64,000 nucleotides of DNA, taken from the NCBI RefSeq assembly GCF_004010195.1, contig NC_057751.1, positions 4,898,649 through 4,962,648 on the forward strand. The letters run 5' to 3'. This stretch comes from Chiloscyllium plagiosum (Eukaryota). Position numbers and translations under genes: made by a program. Shown one piece after another: positions 14,201-27,229 of this stretch; within the stretch, counting starts at the first letter, position 1, and the number at the start of each line of letters is the position of its first letter. Under the pieces are notes generated by a model, which saw only the letters and a list, made by a program, of their open reading frames with translations, searched no databases and had not been told where the DNA came from.

Positions 14201-16049
14201 CGATCGCCCGAGAAAGAAATGGAGAGATGTAGAAAATTATGAGGGGCATGGACTGTGTGTGTGTGCAGTTCCCATTGAAACACAACTCGCTCTGGTGCAG
14301 AGGGGGAAATTAATTGGGGAAATCAAGGAGCTTAACAAATGACTTGTCTCAACATTCAGCCAAGTGTCCAATTCATCAAATATTTAGATAGATCCCCGAG
14401 TTGTTTACTTGGGAAAGAATAAAGACAAACAGAGATCTTGAGTTTGCGTGCAGTGTGTAGAAATTCCCACAGATTGATTCCCACCATTTACAAATTTGAA
14501 TGTGAACACACCTCCCTCCTTGTTGTGCTAACAACCACAATGTTTCAGATGTTTGCCAGTGAGCTCTGGCTGTGCTTTGTAGCAGAGATTTCTGTGATTG
14601 GTGCTCAGGGACTGAGGGAGCTCAGAGAGTGGTGTGGGCCAACATTCAGCAGAGAGGCTGGGGGAGGGTGGGGGTGGTGGGTGGTCCAATCTGGATGAAT
14701 TCTGAGAAAGCCAGAGGCCGGGTTAGGTTTTGGATTCTGGCAGCTTTTCCACTGGAGTTTCTCCAAGCCCTGTCCCGCAGAGGTAGGGAAGGCGGATTTG
14801 GGCATGTATTGCTGCCCCATGCCCCCTCCCCAGGTGAGCTATTCCCCAGGCTGGGAGGACTGCCCATACCTTTCCTGTGCCTGGTAACCCCCTCCCTGAA
14901 GTCTGCATCCTTTGTGAATTTGCAATGCTGATCTTTTCATTTGTTCATGGGAAGTGTCTGACGCTGGCTGGGGTCAGTGTTTATTGCCCAGGGGGCACTT
15001 CCAACACTGGAGTCACCTGTAGGCCAGACCAGGTAAGGCTGGCAGATTTCCTTCACTGAAGGACAGCTGTGAACCAGATGGGTTTAAAGGCTGATTGACA
15101 GCAGTTGCCAGCTTTTTAAATGTCACCCTCTGCTTGGCTCAGAGATGTGCAATCGGAGCTGCAGAGGGGGCCAACACTGGCAGTCGATGGCTTTGTTCCG
15201 AGTGAGTGTCCTCTAACAGGCAACACACTGACTGCTGTCCTTGTCCCCACTCTCCGACCTATCTGTGGCTCCCAACACTGAGTTAGTGACTGTCTGACCG
15301 AGCTTTCACCTGGCCACCGTGTGTGCAGAATCAAGGGGAAGGAGCTTGGATCTCGTAACAGCTCCTGAGCACGTGGGCAAGCAGTGAGGGCAGACCACGT
15401 GCAAGTGTCTGCATCTGTCTGTGTCTGTGTGTTTGCCCTCTGACCGTTCCATTCAGTAAAGCCATTGTCCATGCGGATAGTCCTGCAGGCCTGTGTTAAT
15501 GCTCTGGACTTGACTGCGTCTTCAAACTCATCCTGCTGTCTGTCTGGTTGGAGAGTCATGAGGCTGTGGTACTTTCAGTGTTGTTATGTTGGCCTTGAGG
15601 GGAGAGGCTTCTCTGTCAGTTGTTGCTGGGATTTGTGGCCATTGCTTGAGTAAATAGGAGATTTGGCCTGAAGTGTGGTTGGTTAAGTGTACTGGAGAGT
15701 GTGTCACTGGAGGTGAGAGAATGGAAACTCCTGCTCATAGGATTGCTCAGGGTTAACGTACCACCATGCACGTAATGCTGCAGAACAGCACCACTGCAAG
15801 GCCAACTTACCACGTTTTACCTGTCAGTGTGCTGTCCCATTACATGGGTCACTCATTGCCTGCTTCACAGATACACTCACTCTCTCTCTCCCTCACAGAC
15901 ACACTTGCGCACACACACACATATACTCACAAATGCACACTCAAACAGACACTGACTCTGTCTCTCACACTTTCACAGACACCCATACTCTCTTTCTCTC
16001 TCCTTTCTTTCTTTCTCTCTCTCTCTTTCTCTCTCTGTCACATACACAC

Positions 16050-16960
16050 CTCTCTCTCACACTCTCTCTCACACTCTCTCTCACACTCTCTCTCACACTC
16101 TCTCTCACACTCTCTCTCACACTCTCTCTCACACTCTCTCTCACACTCTCTCTCACACTCTCTCTCACACTCTCTCTCACACTCTCTCTCACACTCTCTC
16201 TCACACTCTCTCTCACACTCTCTCTCACACTCTCTCTCACACTCTCTCTCACACTCTCTCTCACACTCTCTCTCACACTCTCTCTCACACTCTCTCTCAC
16301 ACTCTCTCTCACACTCTCTCTCACACTCTCTCTCACACTCTCTCTCACACTCTCTCTCACACTCTCTCTCACACTCTCTCTCACACTCTCTCTCACACTC
16401 TCTCTCACACTCTCTCTCACACTCTCTCTCACACTCTCTCTCACACTCTCTCTCACACTCTCTCTCACACTCTCTCTCACACTCTCTCTCACACTCTCTC
16501 TCACACTCTCTCTCACACTCTCTCTCACACTCTCTCTCACACTCTCTCTCACACTCTCTCTCACACTCTCTCTCACACTCTCTCTCACACTCTCTCTCAC
16601 ACTCTCTCTCACACTCTCTCTCACACTCTCTCTCACACTCTCTCTCACACTCTCTCTCACACTCTCTCTCACACTCTCTCTCACACTCTCTCTCACACTC
16701 TCTCTCACACTCTCTCTCACACTCTCTCTCACACTCTCTCTCACACTCTCTCTCACACTCTCTCTCACACTCTCTCTCACACTCTCTCTCACACTCTCTC
16801 TCACACTCTCTCTCACACTCTCTCTCACACTCTCTCTCACACTCTCTCTCACACTCTCTCTCACACTCTCTCTCACACTCTCTCTCACACTCTCTCTCAC
16901 ACTCTCACACTCTCTCTCTCACACACTCTCTCTCACACTCTCTCTCTCTCACTCTCTCTC
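16050..16960. repeat. 12-bp tandem array (ACACTCTCTCTC)n, about 70 copies
   Basis: Successive 60-nt lines are identical from 16081 to about 16900. Confidence 0.97.
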
Positions 16961-18125
16961 TGCTGGTGGGAGCTTGCTGTATGACCCAGGCCCTGGGATT
17001 TGGTGGTAATGTTGCCCCCTGAGCAGGGGAGCGAGGTGGGGTCCTCCACTGGGCTCAGCGACCCAGCCTCTCTTGGAAACGACGAGGTTGGACATTTGAT
17101 TGGAACCTGAGGGCTATGTCACCTGGTGTGAAAGCTGCCACCTCAGAGAGGACAGGCCGGTGGAGATAGTGCCTTCCAGAGAGAACCGTCTTAGTGTAAG
17201 GGGGAATGAATGGCATGTGAGAGAGGCCAGGGCAGTTTCCAGCCTTGAACAGCTGGTTTGTAATCTTCCATCACCAGAATGGAATGAGACTCGGAGTCAC
17301 TGTGTCTCCCGGGTAGATGATGTTTGTGTCCTTCAGCAGCCCACAGTTCCTGCTGTTGCTGTGAGTGTTGGAGCGTTCAGCTTGTCAGTATAGTGAGCTG
17401 CAGAGACTCCAGAATGCCTTGGAGCCTGTCTGTCTGACCAGCTGTGGAACGTGCTGTGCTCTTGTCCAATACTCCAGTCCAGCTCACCTTGCCATTGTCA
17501 ATATGGGTGGCACTTGTAAGAGTGGGGGAGAAGGAGAACAGCTGGAGCTTTGATGACTTCAACAGATTTGTTGTCAGCGAGAATCACATAGACCGTGTGC
17601 CCACAGCTGAGGACCAGGGCCCTTTGTTTGACCACTTGATGCTTCATTCCAATTTCTCCGTGTTTTTCTGATCAGCACAGCCTTCTGCTCCCTTCTCCCT
17701 CATACACAGATCCCCTGAAATGGATTGATAGTGTTCATCTCTGCTCCTTCCTTCCCCCTTTCTGGGTCAGACAAAACATCTCACCCAGTTACCGCGCATG
17801 CCCTGTACTTGAGCGAGCGGGCGGGCTGTTCGGCTCTGAGAGGCATCACGGAATAGTTTTCCCCCCACCTGAGAGGCTGCCCCCTCCTCCTCCTCCCACC
17901 TTAGGCAGCGACCGCTGGGCTGGATGGGGACAGTCTGCACTCCCCACTGCCTGCCACAGAAAATGGAGCAGATCCCTGACTGGTTTGGGCCGGGGGAGGG
18001 GACTGGGAATGCCACCTAAGCTCTGCCTAGCACCCCGCTCCATCTCCCCCGATAATGGCAAATACCAATCCACCAGCCGCCCCACCTCCACCCCTCTCCT
18101 GCTTTACACAATCCGAATTGGCTGT

Positions 18126-20483
18126 TGTGAGAAACGAAGCTCACTCACTTCAATAATTTCAGTCCGAGACAAGATCTGAATCAGTCGTGTCATTTATTTT
18201 GCTCTTGCAAGAGGGTGTGGTGTCCATTGTCCACAAGGCAGGGACACACACACACTGAATTCAACTAGTAATTTGCTTCCTATTCTTTCAACCCATTGCT
18301 CCTCCCCTGTTTACATCTCCCACTTCTCTAAGACCGGCCCCCATTACTCTTGTTCATCTCTTGCCTTATCCGGCCTTGTCTGTGACAAAATGCTTTTTCT
18401 GGCCTCACAAGGCCGTTTGACCACATCCTGCCATGGGCCATTGTTAGGTATATCCTCCTTCACTACCACCTGTTTCCCTTAGTTGTTATGACCTTATGAC
18501 CTCATGACATCTTGATTGTGGTTTGTTCTTGTTTTTGCAGAAGTGGGAAATAGATGCTTATAACTATTGCTGAAAAATGTGTTGCTGGAAAAGCGCAGCA
18601 GGTCAGGCAGCATCCAAGGAGCAGGAGAATCGACGTTTTAGGTATAAGCCCTTCTTCAGGGATGGAAGGCTTCCTACTAACATCACACAACCTTTTTCCA
18701 CCAGAATCATATCAAGGGACATTCTGTTTTCCCATGCCATCCTACTTGTTGCACCATGCTTTTCATTTTTCCTTTAACCGCATCTCTTATATAATTTATA
18801 AATCACTATTGATTATAGAAAATGTAATTTATCCAATCTACATTTTTATTAATCATTACCCACCAGAAAAGAGCTGACTCAAAGCCTGCTGCAATCTGGT
18901 TGTGAGCCTTGAACTCATCAGGTATCCCTCCTCGGGACTCCTATAGAGTCGAGATAAATCCTGCCATCGAAAGCGGTGTCTAGCAGTGATCTCTTACTCC
19001 TTTCCTTTTTCTCTACTATCCTTTCCTTCTCAAATGCCAGAGTAAATGGAATTGCCAATGGTAAAATTGCGCATATCCCTCTCCAATCCGGAGGTAGGGT
19101 GGGTCTGAATATTTTTCCTCCACAGTACCACCACAGATCTGCTCAAGGAACCTTTCGTGCCGAGTAGTTCCCTCCCTTGTCCGGTTTGGTGACATTCTTA
19201 ATCTCTGTACTTAATTTCGGCTCGCCCAAATCTCTAGACTGATTTGTATTTCGTTTACACACACACGATGTGTGATTTCCACCTGTGGCTGAAAACGTGT
19301 GTGTGTGTGGGGGGGCTTTTAAATCCTTCTTTTCCAAGGGAGGGAACATCAGAGATAGGGAGGTACAATTCCTATCATTTCGTGCAGTCTCAACCTGGTA
19401 CAGGACTATCATACATTTCATGCCCTTCCTGTCTTGCTTCCGCCCAAGAGGAAAGGGAACCACCTGTGCCACTGGCCTACCGGAGGCACGTGCATAGCAA
19501 TTGCTCTTGTTCAGGCCTTTTTACAATATACTTTACCCATTCAACCCAGGTATTTGCATCCCCATATACAGTTTCTAGTTCGATGGTCTGTTTCAAGACC
19601 TTTACCTCTATAGTTTATACTACCTTAGAGTCATCGGGATGGGTGAAAGTTGTACCTTATTATCCAGTAGTTCTGTCCGTTTTTCCTTTCTACGCTAATT
19701 TGAAAACAGCAGCCTGAGAACTCCCTCTAGTTTGCTTTCATTTCTATCCCAAATGTTTCATTTAATTGTACATGACAGTGCCCCCGAAGCTCACTCACTT
19801 CAATAATTTCAGTCCGAGACAAGATCTGAATCAGTCGTGTCATTTATTTTGCTCTTGCAAGAGGGTGTGGTGTCCATTGTCCACAAGGCAGGGACACACA
19901 CACACTGAATTCAACTAGTAATTTGCTTCCTATTCTTTCAACCCATTGCTCCTCCCCTGTTTACATCTCCCACTTCTCGAAGACCAGCGCCCATTACTCT
20001 TGTTCATCTCTTGCCTTATCCGGCCTTGTCTGTGACAAAATGCTTATTTCTGGCCTCACGAGGCGGTTTGGCCACACCCCACTGTGGGCCATTGTTAGGT
20101 ATATCCTCCTTCACTACTATCTGTTTCCCTTACTTGTTATGACCTTATGACCTCATGACTTCTTGATTGTGGCTTGTTCTTGTTTTTACCGAAGCGGGAA
20201 ACAGATGCTTATAACTATGTTTGTACAGGCGTATCTAGCTTAACCCCCTCCCCTCACAGCACCTTATCTATTTGTCTGTAACATCTACCATTGTTCGCAG
20301 GCACATTTCATTCTTGAATGCACATTTTAGCTAATACAAAAACAATTATGTATTTCCTTCACATTGTTTTAATTTTTGTGAACTCAGGTTTTGGCTGAAA
20401 CAACTATACACTGGTGTGAGTTCATTTACCTTGCATAAGTAATTATGATTGCAGAAGTAACACTACTTCACCTATATCCCACA
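18126..20483 (-). mobile_element. Internally deleted endogenous retrovirus (LTR-env-partial LTR), HERV-I/IP10-like env
   Basis: Ends TGTGAGA...TCCCACA; 5-bp TSD GCTGT at 18121-18125 and 20484-20488; ~430-bp direct repeats 18135-18567 and 19785-20218 with minus-strand AATAAA; env motifs lie between them. Confidence 0.85.
18661..19700 (-). pseudogene. env: Decayed retroviral env (SU C-terminus, furin site, TM ectodomain with ISD-like motif)
   Basis: Minus-strand translation across frameshifts and stops: LKQTIELETVYGDANTWVEWVKY, SGRPVAQVVPFPLG, DLWWYCGG..LPPDWRGICAILPLAIPFTLAF, RSKR (18990-19001), IYLDSIGVPR, PDEFKAHNQIAAGFESALFWWVMINKNVDWINYIFYNQ, AWENRMSLDMILVEKG. Confidence 0.85.
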
Positions 20484-22730
20484 GCTGTGAAGCGCTGCCA
20501 GTTGCCCTGAGGTACGGAGAGGCAGGCGCTATGCAAGTGCACCTTGCAGAATGTGGCTGACAGGTGCTGTGCGATCCCACTCACTGATGTTTATTCTTTG
20601 CCTCCCCCAGCCAGCAGGGGATGGGAGACTGAATGGGGAGCTCTCCCAGCACGACCTGGGAAATGTGTGGCACAGTAATCTCAGCTGATCTGCTCCATTC
20701 CCCAAATGGCAGGTGGTTTCCCTCAAAGCTACGAGGACCTTGCAGGGCTGGGCTGGCTGCATGCTGACAGGACAGAACAGGCTTGAGGGGTCACATGACC
20801 TCCCCCTGTTGCTCCTTTGTATGTCTCTGTGGTACTCTGTGTTTCCTTGGACGCCTCTCAGTCCCTGTTGTGACTCCACTCAACATGTGAGCAGGCACAG
20901 CTCCGTGGGGGGCAGGGATTCTGAAGATCCACAAAGATTCTCCAAGGAGAGTAATCCCTCCTCCTCTCACTACTGAGCAGTCGAGTCCTTACCCCACCTC
21001 TGACTCCTGGTCCCAGAGACCCTCCACCTTCCCCTGACCCAGGCGAGGAAGCAGCCTCTCAGCACTGACCCCTCTCAAACCCTGGAATAAGTATCCACAT
21101 TCCAATGGGGTGGTCATGTTCGGGAATCACTGCTCTACAGGACGTGCGCCCAACCAAAATGGATGAAACCTGGCACTTAACGTTTCGTTTACTTTGGGAG
21201 CCAGTCCAGGTAGGAGGCCCTTCAGCCCACTCCGATTGTGCTGGTCCTTTTTGAGAGTACCACCCCAATATTCCCTCCCACCTCTGCTCTCTGTCTNNNN
21301 NNNNNNNNNNNNNNNNNNNNNNNNNNNNNNNNNNNNNNNNNNNNNNNNNNNNNNNNNNNNNNNNNNNNNNNNNNNNNNNNNNNNNNNNNNNNNNNNNNNN
21401 NNNNNNNNNNNNNNNNNNNNNNNNNNNNNNNNNNNNNNNNNNNNNNNNNNNNNNNNNNNNNNNNNNNNNNNNNNNNNNNNNNNNNNNNNNNNNNNNNNNN
21501 NNNNNNNNNNNNNNNNNNNNNNNNNNNNNNNNNNNNNNNNNNNNNNNNNNNNNNNNNNNNNNNNNNNNNNNNNNNNNNNNNNNNNNNNNCAGTCTGATCC
21601 CCCCGGTCTCACTGCTTCCCACTCCCACGGCAGCTCTCATGTCTATTTCTGTGTTCCCAGCTGTCTCTCCCACATATTTCCTTCAATTCCTATCTCTCAA
21701 CATCCTTCATATCTCTGCCCTGTTGACATTCCCCTGTAGATTCTCTTCCTACAATACTGTGCCCCTTTGTCACCCCACCAGGTTTTTCAGGAATGCTTAA
21801 TCATTCAAACTTTCACAAAACCAACACATTGTTCGTCTTTCTCTGCATCTTTCTTTCGGCTCTGTGGGATCTTGCTATTCTTGTCTGTACGTCATTCTAG
21901 CTGCATCGCAGCAGCCCCCCACCCCCACCACCACCCCGCTCTCTCAGCTCTATCTCTCTGCTGTTGCAACCCCTTTCTCTCTTTCTGCCCTATATCTCTC
22001 CCTGGGATTTCTCTCTTGCTGTCTATCTGACGTTCTCTCCCTGTCTTTGCCTCTCCTTTTTCCCCTTGTATCTGACTGACATTGTATTTATCTTCCTGGG
22101 ATTTTACTATCTCTCTCTCTCTCTCCATCTCTCTCTCTCTCTCCATCTCTCTCTCTCCATCTCTCTCCCTCCCTCTCTCCCCTGTGCTCCTTGGTCTCGC
22201 TGTAACTGAGGGTGCAGCACCCTTGCTTGTGCCTGACCTTGTGTTCCACTTTGAACAACCTAGCACTGTAGGGCAGCTCCTGCCCACAGCCCTGGCATCA
22301 GAGGATCCGCAAGGACAGGATTTGTGCCTCTCTGCGTGTTCCTGGAGGTCGATCCTTTTTTTCTCTCAAAGCAGTCCAATTGCAATTGGAAGTCAATAAT
22401 TCCCAAATCTGGGAGCAAGCCGTTGTTTGGAAATCTGAGTGTTTTTCTCTCCCTCTGAGCAGTGACTTGTTGCCCAGCTGTTGAGAAGATGAAGAAATGT
22501 TTGGCGCAACAGGAGGAACATCTGTGTGCAGGCTGAAGGACTCTGGGGGACTGGGAGTTGCAAGTAAATAGGATAATGTTGGGCTTGTGTGCACAGATGA
22601 CATTGATCTCCCATTCCCTTTGAAATGGTTCCAGTCCCATTTCATTCTGCATTTCCCTCCCTCTGCCTCATATTGTTTTCATTTGTTGAGTCACGTTGAG
22701 AACTACGTCAAATGTCTTCCCCATGTTCTT

Positions 22731-23035
22731 TTCAAAATATCGTCAACTCTGCTACAATGTAGATTGGAGGTTTGTTATGGACCAAGTCCAATCCCCTCAG
22801 AATATTTTCAGAAGGTAGCCCAGACACTAACCTTTTCTTATTGTAAAGGTAGGTGTGGGGTGGATAGTCCAGGAGTGATACATTCAAAATATCGTCAACT
22901 CTGCTACAATGTAGATTGGAAGGTTTGTTATGGACCAAGTCAGATCCCCTCAGAATATTTTCAGAAGGTAGCCCAGACACTAATCTTTTCTTATTGTAAA
23001 GGTAGGTGTGGGGTGGATAGTCCAGGAGTGATACA
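22731..23035. repeat. Tandem duplication, ~152 bp x2
   Basis: 22731-22882 and 22883-23035 are nearly identical. Confidence 0.9.
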
Positions 23036-23486
23036 GCTGGTCAGACCACTCGGCTTTAAGCAACACAGAATTTATTTACCCACTACAATTGAATCACAAA
23101 CAAAAGAATACGGAATTTAGAATAACTTAATTATTGGAAAACTCGGCATGCTTGAAAGTTAACTGAGGAGCTGTTCCAATTCCCGTAACATCCCACAAAC
23201 ACACCCCTTGGTAAAAGGTAAATTCAATCACTGGTTCCTCCAGGCAGGAGAGATTTCAGAGACAGAGGCCTGAACCTGTTTGCAGTGAAGCAGCTTCTGA
23301 CTTCCTGCTCCCTGCACCTTCTCTGCTACAGCTAAACCAAACCAGAAAAAACCTCAACCAGGAGAACTAGCCAGCGCTGCAGTCGGCTCTTTGCAGACAT
23401 TTTGACACCTCTGCCTTTACAACCTCTTTTTTTAAAAAAAAAACCCAAGGACAAAATAGTCTTGTTCAACTGACAGCACCATCACA
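22926..23486. mobile_element. Solo-LTR-like element
   Basis: Starts TGTTATGG and ends ATCACA; flanks GGTT/GGTC look like an imperfect 4-bp TSD; related sequence at ~59425-60020. Confidence 0.5.
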
Positions 23487-23825
23487 GGTCGCAAATGCAG
23501 GTCAGCCTGATATCCCTATTGGGAGAAATACTGGAAACTGTGCAAATGTCTGGAAAAACGCAAAGGCTTTTTGGAAACAGCCTTGAATAGACCTGCAGAC
23601 ACATTGAGTTTGGGTCCTTCTGGATAAAAACTTCATCTAGGTTGAACAGACCTGAAAAGCAAGGTTATTTTTAACCTCCAAATGATTTGAACTAGTGGAC
23701 CCAAAACATGCTTTGTCTGAAAACCAGTTGATGTTCAGGTTTCCTCGTAAGGGAATCCAGACCTGTCCCAATTCCTGGACACTGAGAAAATACTTGCCAG
23801 ATTGGACAGAGTCACCATGACTCAT

Positions 23826-24095
23826 CGGTGGCTCAGTGGTTAACACTACTGCCTCAGGGACCCAGGTTCGATTCCACCCTGGGGTGGCTGTGTGGTGTTT
23901 GCACACTCTCCCCGGGTCTCTCTGTGGATTTCCTCCCGCAGCCCAAAGATGTGCAGGTTAGGTGGATTGACCGTGCTAAACTGCCCATAATATCCAGAGA
24001 GGTGTGGGTTAGCCGTGGGAATTGCATGGTTGCGAGAATAGGGTGGAATGCTCTTCAGAGGGTCATTGCAGATTTGATGGCCTGTGTCCACACTG
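23826..24095 (+). mobile_element. tRNA-derived SINE (HE1-like)
   Basis: ggtggctcagtggttaacact...ggttcgattcc head and conserved core. Confidence 0.7.
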
Positions 24096-24608
24096 CAGAA
24101 GAGAAAATCATATTTGAGAAGCAAAGAGATATGGTGTATTGGCATTTTCAGGAAGGTTTTTACAAAGTCTGAGGCAGCAAGTGGGTGTGACAAACACTGA
24201 AATGTATGGGGTTTGAGGTTTGGTGAAAAGGCAGAGAACAGAGTGTACGGTGGGAACATGGGTCGTTCTGCACGTTGGCACACAGTGACCAGAAGGGGTA
24301 TGCTCAGGGTCAGTGTTTGGAGACACAGCTTCTCCTCAGCTGTCTGATCGGTTGCTAGAATTCATTTGGCCAACAGTGATTCAGGTCAAAAGAACGAGAG
24401 GAACGTAATGCAGTGGGGCTGCTGTTGGGCAGAGCCAGCATGGATTCAGTGGGCTGAATGGTCTGTCCAGATGTGATACGAGTACATGTTTCTACACCTT
24501 CCCATGCTGGGGAAGAAGTGGAGGAGGGTGATGATTTGACCCATGCTGTGAAAGTGATCCAATTCAGGAGTCCCCTCTAACACTCGCTCTGTCTGTCTGT
24601 GATCCCAG

Positions 24609-24820
24609 GACGAGCAGTTACGAGTGCAAGATGTTCGCATCAAGGGAGTCTTTGGCTCGTCCAGGAAGCGGCTGCCTGTCACAGAGGGTTATGTCCAGGT
24701 GCAGCAGGACGGAGAGTGGAAACAGATCTGTGACGCGGACTGGACGGCCATGAACAGCAGAGTTGTCTGTGGCATGTTTGGATTTCCTGCAGAGAAAGGC
24801 TACAACATGAGGATTTACAA
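24609..24820 (+). CDS. LOXL2: LOXL2-like coding exon 3: first half of SRCR2
   Basis: cccag|GAC GAG CAG; DEQLRVQDVRIKGVFGSSRKRLPVTEGYVQV...WKQICDADWTAMNSRVVCGMFGFPAEKGYN; donor AA|GTAAG; 212 nt, phase 0 to 2. Confidence 0.93.
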
Positions 24821-25340
24821 GTAAGGACAGAGCGTCCGGATGTGGCTGCTTTCTGGGTGGGAGATCTGAGATTGGTGCCCTGCTGTATGCCTGGGAGAGA
24901 TCACTAGGGGTACAGGGAGAGAGGGGGAGCAGGGTAAGCATGATCCTCATGAATGGGGGAACAGCTTCAGGGGCTGACTCATGTTTTGATCTTTGCCCTG
25001 ATCTGAGATGTCATTATTTCACAACTCCTGGAGCAGATGGACTTGAACCCAGTCCTCCTTGCTCAGATATAGGCACACTACCACGGCAGCAACAAGAGCC
25101 CTGGGCATGCCTTTGATGTTGAGGTGTGACAGTGATCTGCCAAAGGATGCAGAGTCCGCAGTGTCTTTCACTAGCTCGGAGGTAGCTAGCTGATGGTGCT
25201 GGAACTGAATGGGGTCTGATTGATGTTGTTAGGTCAAAGCTGGATGCACTCATATTCTCTCTCTCTCTCTCACACTCACACACACTCTCATACACTAACA
25301 CAAACTGCCCTCATGTGGATCGATCAGATTACAGCCAACA

Positions 25341-25600
25341 GGGTGGCTCAGTGGTTAGCACTGCTGCCTCTCAGTGTTAAGGTCCCGGGTTCGATTCCAG
25401 CCTCCGGGAGTGACTGCAAACTCCACACAGACACATTCTCCCCATGTCTGGGTGGATTTTCTCCCTCAGGTGTGCAGGCTCGGGTGGGTTGGCCACAGGA
25501 AATGTAGTGTTAAAGGGATGGGGTGGGTCTGGGTGGAATACTCTTCAGAGAGTCAGTATGGACTCAATGGACTGAATGGCTTCTTTCCACACGGTAGGAG
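25341..25600 (+). mobile_element. tRNA-derived SINE (HE1-like), diverged
   Basis: ggtggctcagtggttagcactgctgcc...gggttcgattcc. Confidence 0.7.
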
Positions 25601-27229
25601 TTCTGTGAGGAATGTTTCAATCCTCTTCACTTCTGAAGCTGAATGATTGGAAGGTGGAATAGTTAGATACCAGGTATTCAGGGCTGTGTGGGTAATCCGA
25701 AAGTAATCCCCTTGTCAGAATCCCAATCTGCCTCATGATATCGTTTGTGTCCAATGGGATGCCATATTGTGGAAATGGTTTGGAGCTCTGCTTTTGCCCC
25801 AGTCCCAGCCCCATGCTGCCATCCAACTCTGTCATGGATTCTCCCCGATGACTCTCTCATTGATTTCCCCCACAAACCCCTTGTCAACTCCCTCACTGAA
25901 TCCCTCATTAATTCCTCCTCCAATCCCTCCTTCACTCCCCCAGACTCCTTGTCACTTCCCCCTCAAATCACTCATTGATTACCCCTCCCNNNNNCCGACC
26001 CCCTCTGCTCTCTCCCTTCCCCCGCCCACAGACCACCTATCCTGCTGTTTCCCCTCTCTCCCTCATGCCCCACCACCAACTGCTTCCCAAACGTCGGCTC
26101 TGGACCCCTTCTCTCATTCAGCCCTCTTGACCCCTTCCCTCCTGAGTTGCCTGGTGATGCTTTATCCAGACTCCACCCCCACCATTCCACCATTCCCCCT
26201 TGATAATGCCACCTCACTGCATTGAGTTCGGTCCTGCTGTCGCATTACCTGATGGACTCTGTAACTTGGGAAGATGAAACTATTGCATACACGGGGAATT
26301 CCCTCCATGTCAGTCAGGAAAATGTGAATGAACATCCCCTCAGGAAGTCAGTGTTTGTTCCTGAATGGCATGAGTGTTATTGGGAATAAATTTAAGCCCC
26401 TTTCTCCACCACCACCCTGTTATGGGAGCAAAGGCTGCAGGTCTGTCGGGAAGGCTGGGGGCTGGTGAGGGAATGAACATTGTCCAACAGGTCAAATAAC
26501 CACTTCCTGTGCTGTGTGCTCCCAGTCCTTGGCACTACCATTGTCTGATCCCATGGGTTTGTCAGTCAGTGGGGAGGTGGGAATGGTCTGGTTGAGGTTC
26601 AGAGCTTTGTTGCCTGAGTAATGATTAAATGTGAGGGGGCTGAGTCATTCCCCCAGAATGACAGGGTCCTGATTGGGAAATGCCAGCTTGGCCATTGAGT
26701 GCAGAAGCCAGGAGACGCTATATCTCAATGTGGCAGCTCACTGGGGTGGGAAAACAAGCTCCATTCACCATGGCTTATCTCATTGTACAGACATCACTGG
26801 ATACAATGAGCAAAACATGTTGTCCTTGTGGAAGTATACTGGTGTCTTGCTTGTGTGTTGAGTGTCCTGTCCAACTATGTGTGTGCATGTTTCCCTCACA
26901 AAGTATTCTCGTTCTGTAGTGTACCTTGTCTCTGGGTGTGTCCCCAGCGCAGTACAATGTCTCTGTGTGTGCACTTCTGATTGTAGTCCGTGATGCATTG
27001 CACACTCTGTACGTGCATGCGTGTGCGTGTGTGTGTGTTCCTAATGGAGAACATTGTGCCTGTACTGTATCGTGCCTCTCCCAGTGTGTTCCAGCTGGTG
27101 TGCTCTTGTCCTGTTGGGTATAAACGTTTGTATGTGTCTCCTGAGTAGAGCACAACAGATCATGTTATGGACATTGCCTTTGTGTCGAAGATGCTGATGG
27201 AGTATACTCCTCCTGTATTTTGGAAACTG

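Noticed and set aside
15766..17022. Long ORFs (418, 358 and 311 aa) of SHSL/LTLS/RESV repeats
   Set aside because: These are translations of a stop-free 12-bp tandem repeat inside an intron.
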